A stretch of 64,000 bases of DNA from the NCBI GenBank assembly GCA_039815375.1, contig JBCBZJ010000003.1, positions 96,001 through 160,000 on the forward strand, given 5' to 3'. The notes under the pieces were generated by a model, which saw only the letters and a list, made by a program, of their open reading frames with translations, was not told the origin of the DNA and did no database searches. Positions 1 through 8,047 of the stretch are shown one piece after another (position 1 is the stretch's first letter; the number at the start of each line of letters is the position of its first letter). Position numbers and translations under genes: made by a program. Source of the stretch: Verrucomicrobiota bacterium (lineage in GTDB: Bacteria; Verrucomicrobiota; Verrucomicrobiia; Opitutales; Coraliomargaritaceae).

Positions 1-378
1 GGGCGTCTTGCTCGCTGCGCGGATCATCCAAACCTTGGGCGCTTCGACAAGGCAATGGGCCGTCCATGCAATAGCCAGAGTCACGAGGATTGAAACCACT
101 GTATCCACAAGCTCCTCTCCCGTGCCCAACTTGAGGAAGCTGGTGCCTGAGGCGACCCCGATCGAGAAGGTCAGGAAAGTGGCTGCACTTGACAGGCCAC
201 CAAGCGTAGCCGAGACGACAGGCCGGCTCTCGGAGCACTCTTCTGAGCGTTTGCGCAAAAGGATCCTCAGTAGCTTTCCCGCAACCAGCGCGATCACAAT
301 TATCAGCAGGAGGCATCCGATGCGCCATAGCTCGTTACCTGCGATCATTTCGAGTTGGAAAAATTCTTTCGCTGACAT
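1..378 (-). CDS. Membrane protein, probably the N-terminus of an MscS-family mechanosensitive channel (partial, runs off the window start)
   Basis: Manual translation from the ATG at 378 gives MSAKEFFQLEMIAGNELWRIGCLLLIIVIALVAGKLLRILLRKR...AWTAHCLVEAPKVWMIRAASKTP, open to position 1, with three hydrophobic segments. Divergent from purB. The MscS core domain would lie outside the window. Confidence 0.55.
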   Translation of the reverse strand, partial: MSAKEFFQLEMIAGNELWRIGCLLLIIVIALVAGKLLRILLRKRSEECSESRPVVSATLGGLSSAATFLTFSIGVASGTSFLKLGTGEELVDTVVSILVTLAIAWTAHCLVEAPKVWMIRAASKTP

Positions 379-492
379 GGTTACAGTTGAGCAAGTTGCA
401 GACCAAAAAACGATGGTGAATTTTAAGGTTTTTTTATGGCGCGAATGCGATGCAGGTGTATTTTCCACCGTTTTCTCTGAACCCAAATCACA

Positions 493-1917
493 ATGGAAAG
501 CATACCAAATATCTTAGCATCACGATATGCTTCGCAGGCGATGCGTAGTGTCTGGAGCGCCGAAGGCCGGATTGCGCTGGAGCGTGATTATTGGATCGCC
601 GTGCTGCGTGCGCAGAAGGATCTCGGTCTTGATATTCCGCAGGAAGCCGTCGATGCCTACGATAACGTCAAAGGGCAGATCAATCTCGAATCGATTAAGC
701 AGCGCGAGGCGGTCACGCGGCACGATGTGAAAGCTCGCATCGAAGAGTTTTGTGATCTGGCAGGCCATGAGCATATTCACAAAGGATTAACCAGTCGCGA
801 TTTAACCGAGAATGTTGAGCAGCTGCAGATCCTGCGAGGACTCGAGATAATTCGCACAAAGGTGCTTGCGGCGTTGTTAAAAATAGCCGATCGCGCTGAG
901 GAGTGGAAAGAGCTCGTTATCACAGCCCGCACTCATAACGTGCCCGCTCAACCGACGACTTTAGGCAAACGCCTTGCCATGTTTGGCGAGGATCTGCTTT
1001 GCGCAGCTCGCGAGCTTGACCGTATAATAGACAACTATCCGGTCCGTGGTCTGAAGGGGCCGGTCGGTACCCAAATGGACTTGCTCACGCTTTTTGACGG
1101 AGACCATGAAAAGGTCGACCAACTGGAGGGCAAAATCCTGGATCACCTCGGGGTAGGTGCCGCGCTCGATACCGTCGGGCAAGTCTATCCGCGCAGTCTC
1201 GATTTTGAGGTCGTCTCTGTTTTCGTGCGCTTGGCTTCGGGGCCCTCCAGTTTTGCCAAGACACTCCGCATTATGGCCGGCCATGAACTCGCGAGTGAAG
1301 GCTTTGCAAAAGGCCAGGTCGGCTCCTCTGCCATGCCGCACAAAATGAATAGCCGCAGTTGCGAACGTCTCAACGGCTTTGCTGCAATTCTCAAGGGCTA
1401 CCTGACCATGGCGAGCGAGCTTTCCGGAGACCAATGGAATGAAGGTGACGTCTCCTGCTCGGTAGTGCGCCGTGTCTTTCTGCCGGACAGTTTTTACGCC
1501 ATAGACGGTCTGGTCGACACCTTCATTACGATCTTGAACCAGATGGAGGTCTATCCTGCGGTAATTGATCAGGAGAACCAACGTTACGGCCCCTTTCTCG
1601 GCACAACGACTGTTCTGATGGAAGCAGTTAAAGCGGGAGCCGGCCGTGAGGAAGCGCACGAGGCCATAAAGCAGCATGCCGTCGCTACGGTCCGGGACCT
1701 TCGCTCCGGGGCGATTACTCAGAATGATCTGGTTGATCGACTTGCGGCGGACACTCGTCTCGGTTTGACGGCAGATGCACTTGCGACTCTGGTTACTGAG
1801 GCGCAGGCACTTACCGGAACAGCGGCTGAACAGGTTGATAAATTCTGCGAAATTGTTCGTGTAGAAGCTGAGAGTGTTCCAATCGCAGGCACCTACGAGC
1901 CCGGAGCAATCCTTTAA
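493..1917 (+). CDS. purB: Adenylosuccinate lyase
   Basis: Motifs LASRYAS, TRHDV, HKGLTSRD, ARTHNVPAQPTTLGKR and the fumarate-lyase signature GSSAMPHKMN. Confidence 0.96.
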   Translation: MESIPNILASRYASQAMRSVWSAEGRIALERDYWIAVLRAQKDLGLDIPQEAVDAYDNVKGQINLESIKQREAVTRHDVKARIEEFCDLAGHEHIHKGLTSRDLTENVEQLQILRGLEIIRTKVLAALLKIADRAEEWKELVITARTHNVPAQPTTLGKRLAMFGEDLLCAARELDRIIDNYPVRGLKGPVGTQMDLLTLFDGDHEKVDQLEGKILDHLGVGAALDTVGQVYPRSLDFEVVSVFVRLASGPSSFAKTLRIMAGHELASEGFAKGQVGSSAMPHKMNSRSCERLNGFAAILKGYLTMASELSGDQWNEGDVSCSVVRRVFLPDSFYAIDGLVDTFITILNQMEVYPAVIDQENQRYGPFLGTTTVLMEAVKAGAGREEAHEAIKQHAVATVRDLRSGAITQNDLVDRLAADTRLGLTADALATLVTEAQALTGTAAEQVDKFCEIVRVEAESVPIAGTYEPGAIL

Positions 1918-1979
1918 AGGTTGCCTTCGGAAAAAGCAACCGACACACAAACACCCTTTAAATTAAACTCCACCAGAAT

Positions 1980-3242
1980 ATGTCAGAAGAACTTGAAGGA
2001 AACTGCCTTGTCGCCCAATCCGGCGGCCCTACATCCGTGATTAACGCTAGCCTCGCCGGAGTAGTCACCGAAGCGCTCAACTACGAGTGTATTGAGGAAA
2101 TCTATGGAGGATTGAACGGCGTGCTCGGTATTCTCAATGAACATATCATCGATCTAGCTGCAGAGTCCCAGCAAAATATCCGCGGTCTTCGCTATACCCC
2201 TGGTGCTGCCCTTGGCACTTGCCGTTACAAGCTCAAGAAGCAATCCGATTTCGACCGCGTGCTTCAGGTCTTTGAGGCGCACAATATCCGTTACTTTTTT
2301 TACGCAGGCGGTAACGATTCTCAGGATACGGCTGACAAGATTTCCAAGCTTGCACAAGAGCGCGGCTATGAACTCCGAGTGATTGGCATTCCTAAAACGA
2401 TCGACAACGATCTCGTTACTACAGACCACACTCCCGGATATGGCAGCGTCATCAAATACATTGCTACGACGGTTAAGGAAATTGCCGCGGACAATGCTGG
2501 CATGGGCCAACACGATCTCGTTCAAATTATCGAAGTAATGGGCCGTAGCGCTGGCTGGATTGCAGCAGGTGCTGCTCTGGCAAAACGACGTGATGAACCC
2601 AACGCCGCCCCACACCTGATCTATCTCCCTGAAGTAGCTTTCTCGGCGGAGAAATTCGTTTCCGATGTGCAGCACGTCCTACAAAAAGAACGTTATTGTA
2701 TCGTCGTTGTTGGCGAAGGCCTGGTCGATGCGGACGGCAACTATGTTTCCACTGACGGTGCGGAGGCTGATGCCTTTGGTCACTCTCAGCTGGGTGGTGC
2801 GGGGGAATACCTCCGCAGCCTTGTTGAGGAAAGTCTCCAGGTCAAAGCACGCTCTGTCAAACTGGGCATGGCTCAGCGCGCCGCAGTGCACTGTTCTTCA
2901 CAGGCCGATAACGACGAAGCGTTCCTTGCAGGCCAAGCTGCTGTTCAGGCTGCGATTGCAGGTGAGACAGACAAAATGGTCACCCTTCTTCGCAGCGAAG
3001 GCGATGGCTACGCGTGCGAAACTGGTCTTGCGCCACTTTCCGAAATTGCCAACGGCGTAAAGAAGCTTCCTGAAAGCTGGATTAACGAGGATGGCGTGAG
3101 CATGAATTATAACTTCTATAAGTACGCACTGCCGCTGATCCAAGGCGAAGTGCAGGTTCCTTATGAAAACGGCGTGCCCGATCTGATCAAACTTCGCATG
3201 GAGAAGATCGAACGTAAGTTGGGTGCGCACAGCTTCGAGTAG
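1980..3242 (+). CDS. pfp: 6-phosphofructokinase family enzyme, probably PPi-dependent
   Basis: AQSGGPTSVIN, GGNDS, PKTIDND and EVMGR motifs. The Asp in GGND and the Lys in PKTIDND are the residues associated with PPi specificity. Confidence 0.88.
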   Translation: MSEELEGNCLVAQSGGPTSVINASLAGVVTEALNYECIEEIYGGLNGVLGILNEHIIDLAAESQQNIRGLRYTPGAALGTCRYKLKKQSDFDRVLQVFEAHNIRYFFYAGGNDSQDTADKISKLAQERGYELRVIGIPKTIDNDLVTTDHTPGYGSVIKYIATTVKEIAADNAGMGQHDLVQIIEVMGRSAGWIAAGAALAKRRDEPNAAPHLIYLPEVAFSAEKFVSDVQHVLQKERYCIVVVGEGLVDADGNYVSTDGAEADAFGHSQLGGAGEYLRSLVEESLQVKARSVKLGMAQRAAVHCSSQADNDEAFLAGQAAVQAAIAGETDKMVTLLRSEGDGYACETGLAPLSEIANGVKKLPESWINEDGVSMNYNFYKYALPLIQGEVQVPYENGVPDLIKLRMEKIERKLGAHSFE

Positions 3243-3265
3243 TCATTAGACACGCTTCTATTTCT

Positions 3266-3297
3266 AGCCCCCCAGTCCATGCTGAGGGGGCTTTTTT
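3266..3297 (+). terminator. Rho-independent terminator after pfk
   Basis: AGCCCCCCAG-TCCATG-CTGAGGGGGCT stem-loop followed by a T-run, 23 nt after the stop codon. Confidence 0.8.
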
Positions 3298-3381
3298 ATG
3301 GGGATAGCGGTCAATTTGCATCAGATTTACGAACAGCTTTTGGTTTGTAGATTTGGTTCCATTCTTGCTAATCATGAAAAT

Positions 3382-4131
3382 ATGAAGCTGTTGAGACAGA
3401 GTGCTCTCTTTTTATTACTAAGTTCCTTATTGTCCCACGCAGAGGGTGATTTCAGGACTTTCACCAGTGTGGATGGTCGTGAAATGGTCGCCAGTCTTTT
3501 GAATGTAAGTGGAGACGATGTGACCATCCGGCGTCAGGCAGACGGCAGAAAAATGACCACCAAGATGTCTGCTTTCTCCAAAAAAGACTGCGAATACATG
3601 ATCTCCTGGGAAGAGGCCCAACGCCTGGCCCGGGATGACTCATTCGATATAAAAATTCGGCGCACCACAGGAGGCAGCGAAAAGAGCAGCACCGCATCGA
3701 CTAGTAACAAATCCTGGATGGAAGGTTATGAAATTACCCTAAGCAATGAGTCTCGAGGGGATATCACTGATTTGGATGTTAAATACATAATCTTCATGTT
3801 TGACGAGAAGGTTGCCGCGACACGTAAGAACCAAGGTGAGTTAAAGCGCGAATTTGGAAATTTTGATTTAGCCCGACTCGAGCCCGATGGCACCACAAAC
3901 CATCTGACCGAGAAGTTCAGGATGCAGAAAAGCCAATTGAAGCAGGGCTGGTATTACATCAACGGTGGCGACTACAAAGCCGAAGATGAGCTGGCAGGTT
4001 GCTGGGTGCGCGTTTACAAGGATGGTGAGATGCTACGCGAAGTGTCTTTACCGGCCTCCGTTGCCCGCAATGAGGAATGGAAATGGCCCAAGGCCAAAAA
4101 GAATCAGAAGAAGAATAAGAAGAAGCAGTAG
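3382..4131 (+). CDS. Secreted hypothetical protein with an SHD1-like N-terminal module and a Lys-rich tail
   Basis: Signal peptide MKLLRQSALFLLLSSLLSHA, then RTFTSVDGR...VTIRRQADG...FSKKDCEY, an SLA1-homology-like pattern common in PVC bacteria. Start moved to the ATG at 3382. Confidence 0.7.
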   Translation: MKLLRQSALFLLLSSLLSHAEGDFRTFTSVDGREMVASLLNVSGDDVTIRRQADGRKMTTKMSAFSKKDCEYMISWEEAQRLARDDSFDIKIRRTTGGSEKSSTASTSNKSWMEGYEITLSNESRGDITDLDVKYIIFMFDEKVAATRKNQGELKREFGNFDLARLEPDGTTNHLTEKFRMQKSQLKQGWYYINGGDYKAEDELAGCWVRVYKDGEMLREVSLPASVARNEEWKWPKAKKNQKKNKKKQ

Positions 4132-4146
4132 TCGCGACTGGTTCAT

Positions 4147-4668
4147 TCATGTGCTGACCAAGCGATCAATTGCCACAATTGCTTCGCCAAAGCGCTGAGA
4201 AGCGTCTCCAGTTAACTCCAGGTAGGGCAGTTCGAGGCGTATAAGGCTTTCTTTGAATTTCTTCTGTAGCTCTGCCCGGACTTCAGGGCTTTCCCGTTGG
4301 CCCGGGTCCGGTTGCCAGTTCACTCCCTCAGGCGAACAGAGAAGATAAATACTGTAGCTCCGGCTAAGAAAGGTCTCGTTGACCCATTCGATTTGCTCAC
4401 CGAAGAAGTAATTAGCGTAGAGAATCGATGAAAGTAGATTTGTATCGTGGAAGATAATGCGCCTGGCCTGGCTGAGTGCTTCATCTTCCTGGGCAAGTTG
4501 GCCCTGAGCAATGGTTTCGAGGTCTTCTCGGATCAATTCTCGGTCCAGTTGGTCGACATAGGTGCGCACAAACTCATTTGTCCAAGGCTCTTCGTAGTAG
4601 CTAGAAAGCCTCGCGGCCAGAGTGCTTTTTCCGGTGCATTCCGCACCGGTTAGGACAACGCGTATCAC
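4147..4668 (-). CDS. NadR-like P-loop protein (AAA_28 / ribosylnicotinamide kinase-like)
   Basis: VVLTGAECTGKSTLA Walker A, EFVRTY, HDTN and W.PD..R motifs; linked to pnuC. Confidence 0.85.
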   Translation of the reverse strand: MIRVVLTGAECTGKSTLAARLSSYYEEPWTNEFVRTYVDQLDRELIREDLETIAQGQLAQEDEALSQARRIIFHDTNLLSSILYANYFFGEQIEWVNETFLSRSYSIYLLCSPEGVNWQPDPGQRESPEVRAELQKKFKESLIRLELPYLELTGDASQRFGEAIVAIDRLVST

Positions 4669-5072
4669 TGTTCTAATTCTTTCTTCCGCACGGCTAAATC
4701 CGCATAGCGTTTCTCGTTGCGCTTCCAGCTCGGTAAGCTCGAAGCCAGATTACTGGCGATGGCGATGATCAAGGCAGATGTATAAATTGGTTCATCGGTA
4801 GCGAAGATACCCAAGACTTTGAGGAGTAGAACGAAACCTGTGAGGACGCTTATTCCGAGACAGGTGCGAAGAAAAACTCTCCTGTTGAAGGCTTTCCTGC
4901 CTATGGCGCGTTCTTCTGTCCATTTTTCGAAGAACTTGCACTCAGACTTTGTTAGTGGTCGGCTGGTATTGAAGTGGATGCCTTTACTCGCTGGCTTATA
5001 TCTTTTGTGGTCCTTGTGTTCGGCTTCCGACAAGCTCGGCTCAGGTATGGTCCACTGGAAGGTCTTGCTCAT
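4665..5072 (-). CDS. Hypothetical two-TM membrane protein
   Basis: MSKTFQWTIPEP... with two hydrophobic segments. Its start overlaps the pnuC stop (ATGA) and its stop overlaps the NadR-like start (GTGA). Confidence 0.65.
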   Translation of the reverse strand: MSKTFQWTIPEPSLSEAEHKDHKRYKPASKGIHFNTSRPLTKSECKFFEKWTEERAIGRKAFNRRVFLRTCLGISVLTGFVLLLKVLGIFATDEPIYTSALIIAIASNLASSLPSWKRNEKRYADLAVRKKELEQ

Positions 5073-5665
5073 GTGTAAGATGATTCTAATTCGAGCTTCC
5101 AGTCTCGCCAGCCTTTTATCGCGAGCCCGATGAAGACTGCGAAGAGCAAGACACTCGGCCAAGCTTGGTTCTGAAAGAAGATTCCGAGGTAAACAAAGTC
5201 CGAGACCAGCCACAGGAGCCAAGTCTCGATCTGTTTACGGCTCAGCATCCATTGAGCAGCGAAGGCGGTAGTTGCCGCGAAGGCGTCCAAATAAGGCAGT
5301 GCGGACTCGCCGCCCTTACCTAGAAAGTAGCCCATAGCGAACGTGAAGCCCACCAGAAACACAGCGATCCGCAGCAATTCGCCGCGTGTCGATTTCCGGA
5401 TTGGTAAAGCCTCGCCTATGGAGACGCGTCCCCAGTTAATCCAACCGTAGGCGGAGACCCCAATAAAGGCCAAATTCATGACCATGAAGGCATGAAGATT
5501 AAAATCTAGGCTGATATAAACGTAGCATCCATAACAGGCGATGAAGAAGGGCCAGGCGGTGACCTTTTCCTTGATGCTGAGCCATACACCTAGAATGCCC
5601 GTGACCATACCGAGCCATTCCACCCAACTGGTTGCCACCAGTTGCTCCACGAATTTCTCCAGCAT
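5069..5665 (-). CDS. pnuC: PnuC-family vitamin (nicotinamide riboside) transporter
   Basis: Multi-TM protein with AWPF, YGWINW, PYLDAF and AQWMLSRKQIETWLLW motifs. Confidence 0.9.
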   Translation of the reverse strand: MLEKFVEQLVATSWVEWLGMVTGILGVWLSIKEKVTAWPFFIACYGCYVYISLDFNLHAFMVMNLAFIGVSAYGWINWGRVSIGEALPIRKSTRGELLRIAVFLVGFTFAMGYFLGKGGESALPYLDAFAATTAFAAQWMLSRKQIETWLLWLVSDFVYLGIFFQNQAWPSVLLFAVFIGLAIKGWRDWKLELESSYT

Positions 5666-5672
5666 GACCTAA

Positions 5673-5969
5673 TCAGTCCGCGTCGTAAACTTTCACTTTT
5701 CGCCAGAGCTCCTGATTCTTGAGGAAATCAATGTGAATCGGGTCGATTTGGTAGGCGTCGTGCGCTGCAATATTTTTGAGTATGACCGTCAGGCAAAAAT
5801 CATAGCTCTTGTCGATCACTGGCCGGTCCGGAGTATTTGCAGGTGAACCGATGTAGACGGCCTCGGCATGTTTGATGCCTTTCATGGTTTCCAATGCGAG
5901 TCGGAACTGAGTGATTTGGTCGCCCTGAAGGTCTTTCTTGAGCCAGAAGAGAACGGTGTGAACAAGCAT
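5673..5969 (-). CDS. Dabb (stress-responsive A/B barrel) family protein
   Basis: HTVLFWLK...SYDF...HDAYQIDPIH...VYD pattern, 98 aa. Confidence 0.85.
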   Translation of the reverse strand: MLVHTVLFWLKKDLQGDQITQFRLALETMKGIKHAEAVYIGSPANTPDRPVIDKSYDFCLTVILKNIAAHDAYQIDPIHIDFLKNQELWRKVKVYDAD

Positions 5970-5983
5970 AGTATGAATAATGG

Positions 5984-6583
5984 TTAAAAAATCTTGGCGA
6001 TATTATCCTGTAACTCCGAGTGGTTGGTCGCCACGGCCAGATCTGGACGTTCGTCAATCAGTCTTTGTGGTGGGCAGAACAGGCACTTATGATTGGCAAC
6101 TTCAATCATGCTCAAGTCGTTGTAGGAATCACCTGCTGCAAAGGTCTCGAAGTTCAGTGCCTTGAATGCTTCGACAGCCCTACGCTTATGATCCTTTAAG
6201 CGAAGACGGTAGTCAGCGATCCTGCCTTTCTCATCAATGACGAGATCATGGCAGAAAAGGGTCGGGTTGCCGAGCTTTGCCATCAAAGGTCCGGCAAACT
6301 GGCTGAAGGTGTCGGATAATATAACAAGGCGTGTCTGCGCAGTGACCCAGTTGACGAACTCCACAGCTCCGGGGAGCGGGTCAAGCGTGCCGATAACTTC
6401 TTCAATGTCAGCGAGCTTAAAGCCTTCCTTGTCGAGGATATCCAGACGGTAACGCATTAGCACATCGTAGTCCGGCTCATCGCGCGTGGTGCGTTTTAGA
6501 GCTTCGATGCCGGTCTTCTCAGCAAAAGCGATCCATATTTCAGGAATGAGCACTCCCTCCAGATCAAGGCAGACGATATTCAT
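5984..6583 (-). CDS. thrH: Bifunctional phosphoserine phosphatase / homoserine phosphotransferase
   Basis: CLDLEGVLIPEIW, TTRDEPDYDVLM, ILSDTF and AAGDSYND motifs (HAD family). Confidence 0.93.
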   Translation of the reverse strand: MNIVCLDLEGVLIPEIWIAFAEKTGIEALKRTTRDEPDYDVLMRYRLDILDKEGFKLADIEEVIGTLDPLPGAVEFVNWVTAQTRLVILSDTFSQFAGPLMAKLGNPTLFCHDLVIDEKGRIADYRLRLKDHKRRAVEAFKALNFETFAAGDSYNDLSMIEVANHKCLFCPPQRLIDERPDLAVATNHSELQDNIAKIF

Positions 6584-6621
6584 GAACGTCTAGACCGCGT
6601 CAAAGAGGGGCAGAGTCAATA

Positions 6622-7173
6622 TCAATTAGTGATGAGCACACTGTCGGGAGGAAATGACTGTAGGATCTCGCTAACAATCTGCTGCACTTCGGCCTCATCA
6701 GGTGCGCTCCAGCCGAGTCGTTTCACATAGGCTCCGCGCCAGACGAGTTCGCTGCTTTCTGAATCAATAACATCGATGATGAAGGTGCCTTCTTCGTATT
6801 GATCGATGTCAAGAAACCGACCGCCGAAGCCGTAGTAGGGGTAGCGCCGAAAGGGTGGTGGCCCGAAATCGTTGATTTCAGTTCTGGTTTTCGTAACTGT
6901 ATTAAAGGTGATTCGAAAGTCCGTATCACTTTTCTTTTGTTGGAAGCCTTTTGCGACCAGTTCCTCGACTATTGCGCGCTCAATCCGGCGCTCAACAATC
7001 GGGCTGAGAACGACATCCTGATAGTCTTTACGCGTTTCCCTGCTATCGATTGCAAAGCTCTGGTAGGTTGCCATTTCTTCGAGAGCGGCTCTGTCGAAAT
7101 CCACCTTCGTCGGCGAGATACAGCCGGAAAGAAAAACCATCACAAAAATCGATGCTAAAGCCGAAAATTTCAT
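6622..7173 (-). CDS. DUF4136-family lipoprotein
   Basis: Lipobox FLSGC; motif YEEGTFIIDVID...LVWRG...ILQSFPP. Start taken at MKFSAL (7173). Confidence 0.82.
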   Translation of the reverse strand: MKFSALASIFVMVFLSGCISPTKVDFDRAALEEMATYQSFAIDSRETRKDYQDVVLSPIVERRIERAIVEELVAKGFQQKKSDTDFRITFNTVTKTRTEINDFGPPPFRRYPYYGFGGRFLDIDQYEEGTFIIDVIDSESSELVWRGAYVKRLGWSAPDEAEVQQIVSEILQSFPPDSVLITN

Positions 7174-7232
7174 AGCAGTATAGTAATAGAAGCCCGAAGT
7201 TCTGCAATATTCCATGAGAAGAAAGAAAAAAC

Positions 7233-7991
7233 CTAAAGTATGCAGGGCTGCTCAATAAAATCCCATTCCAGTCCGAATTTCTCGGCTACCTCGGCGGCCA
7301 ACGCCTTTACACCGAAAACTTCGGTGGCGTAATGGCCACATGGATAGAGGTTAAGGCCTATCTCCTGTGCCATATTGAAGTGATGCTGGCGTAGCTCGCC
7401 TGTGACAAGGGTATCAATTCCGTTTGCCTTCAGGTGGGCCACCGCACTCTGACCGCTCCCAGTCAGTATGCCGATGCGTTCAGGCCATTCGCTTCCATAC
7501 TCAATTCCTTGATAAGTTTTGGGAAAGAGTTCTTGAAGCTTTTTGGAGAGTTCGGACCGGCCGCCTTTTGGGGCTGTAGCTATAGTTGCGATATGGTTGC
7601 CTTCGTAAGGAAGAAACGAGTCGATGCATTCGAGTCCGAGTTCTTGAGCCAAAAGGGCGTTGTTGCCGATTTCCGGATGTGCATCAAGCGGTAGATGGGC
7701 TCCATAGACTGCAAGGTTCCCTTCGATAGCCGTTTTAAGTTTCTTATAGTTTGGCCCTGTAATTGGTGTTGGAGGCGTCCAGAAAAGTCCGTGATGGCAG
7801 ATCAGGAAATCGATACCGGCAGCAATCGCTGCCTCGAAGGGGATTTGCCCTGCATCTACGGCGGCGCCGATTCTGCTGACTGTTCCCATGTTTTCAACCT
7901 GAAGGCCGTTGTAAGCGCCCTCGAAGTCCTTGATCTCTGTTTTGCGAATACGAGTATCACAAAAAGTGACGATTTCGGATAATGCGGGCAT
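7233..7991 (-). CDS. Nif3-like dinuclear metal centre protein (YbgI/DUF34)
   Basis: NGLQVE, HHGLFW, HLPLDAH, TGE and GHYATE motifs. Confidence 0.92.
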   Translation of the reverse strand: MPALSEIVTFCDTRIRKTEIKDFEGAYNGLQVENMGTVSRIGAAVDAGQIPFEAAIAAGIDFLICHHGLFWTPPTPITGPNYKKLKTAIEGNLAVYGAHLPLDAHPEIGNNALLAQELGLECIDSFLPYEGNHIATIATAPKGGRSELSKKLQELFPKTYQGIEYGSEWPERIGILTGSGQSAVAHLKANGIDTLVTGELRQHHFNMAQEIGLNLYPCGHYATEVFGVKALAAEVAEKFGLEWDFIEQPCIL

Positions 7992-8047
7992 TTCGCAAGA
8001 TTGCTAGTTGGCACTCGAATGTGAAGGTTGAAATCTGTTCCTTTGTT

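Noticed and set aside
8..517. 169-aa plus-strand ORF in the track
   Set aside because: It is the antisense shadow of a more plausible minus-strand membrane protein starting at 378, and it has no recognisable motifs.
4090..4135. Similarity to 56262-56290 (AAGAATAAGAAGAA..TAGTC)
   Set aside because: Both encode Lys-rich tails, so the match is explained by low complexity.
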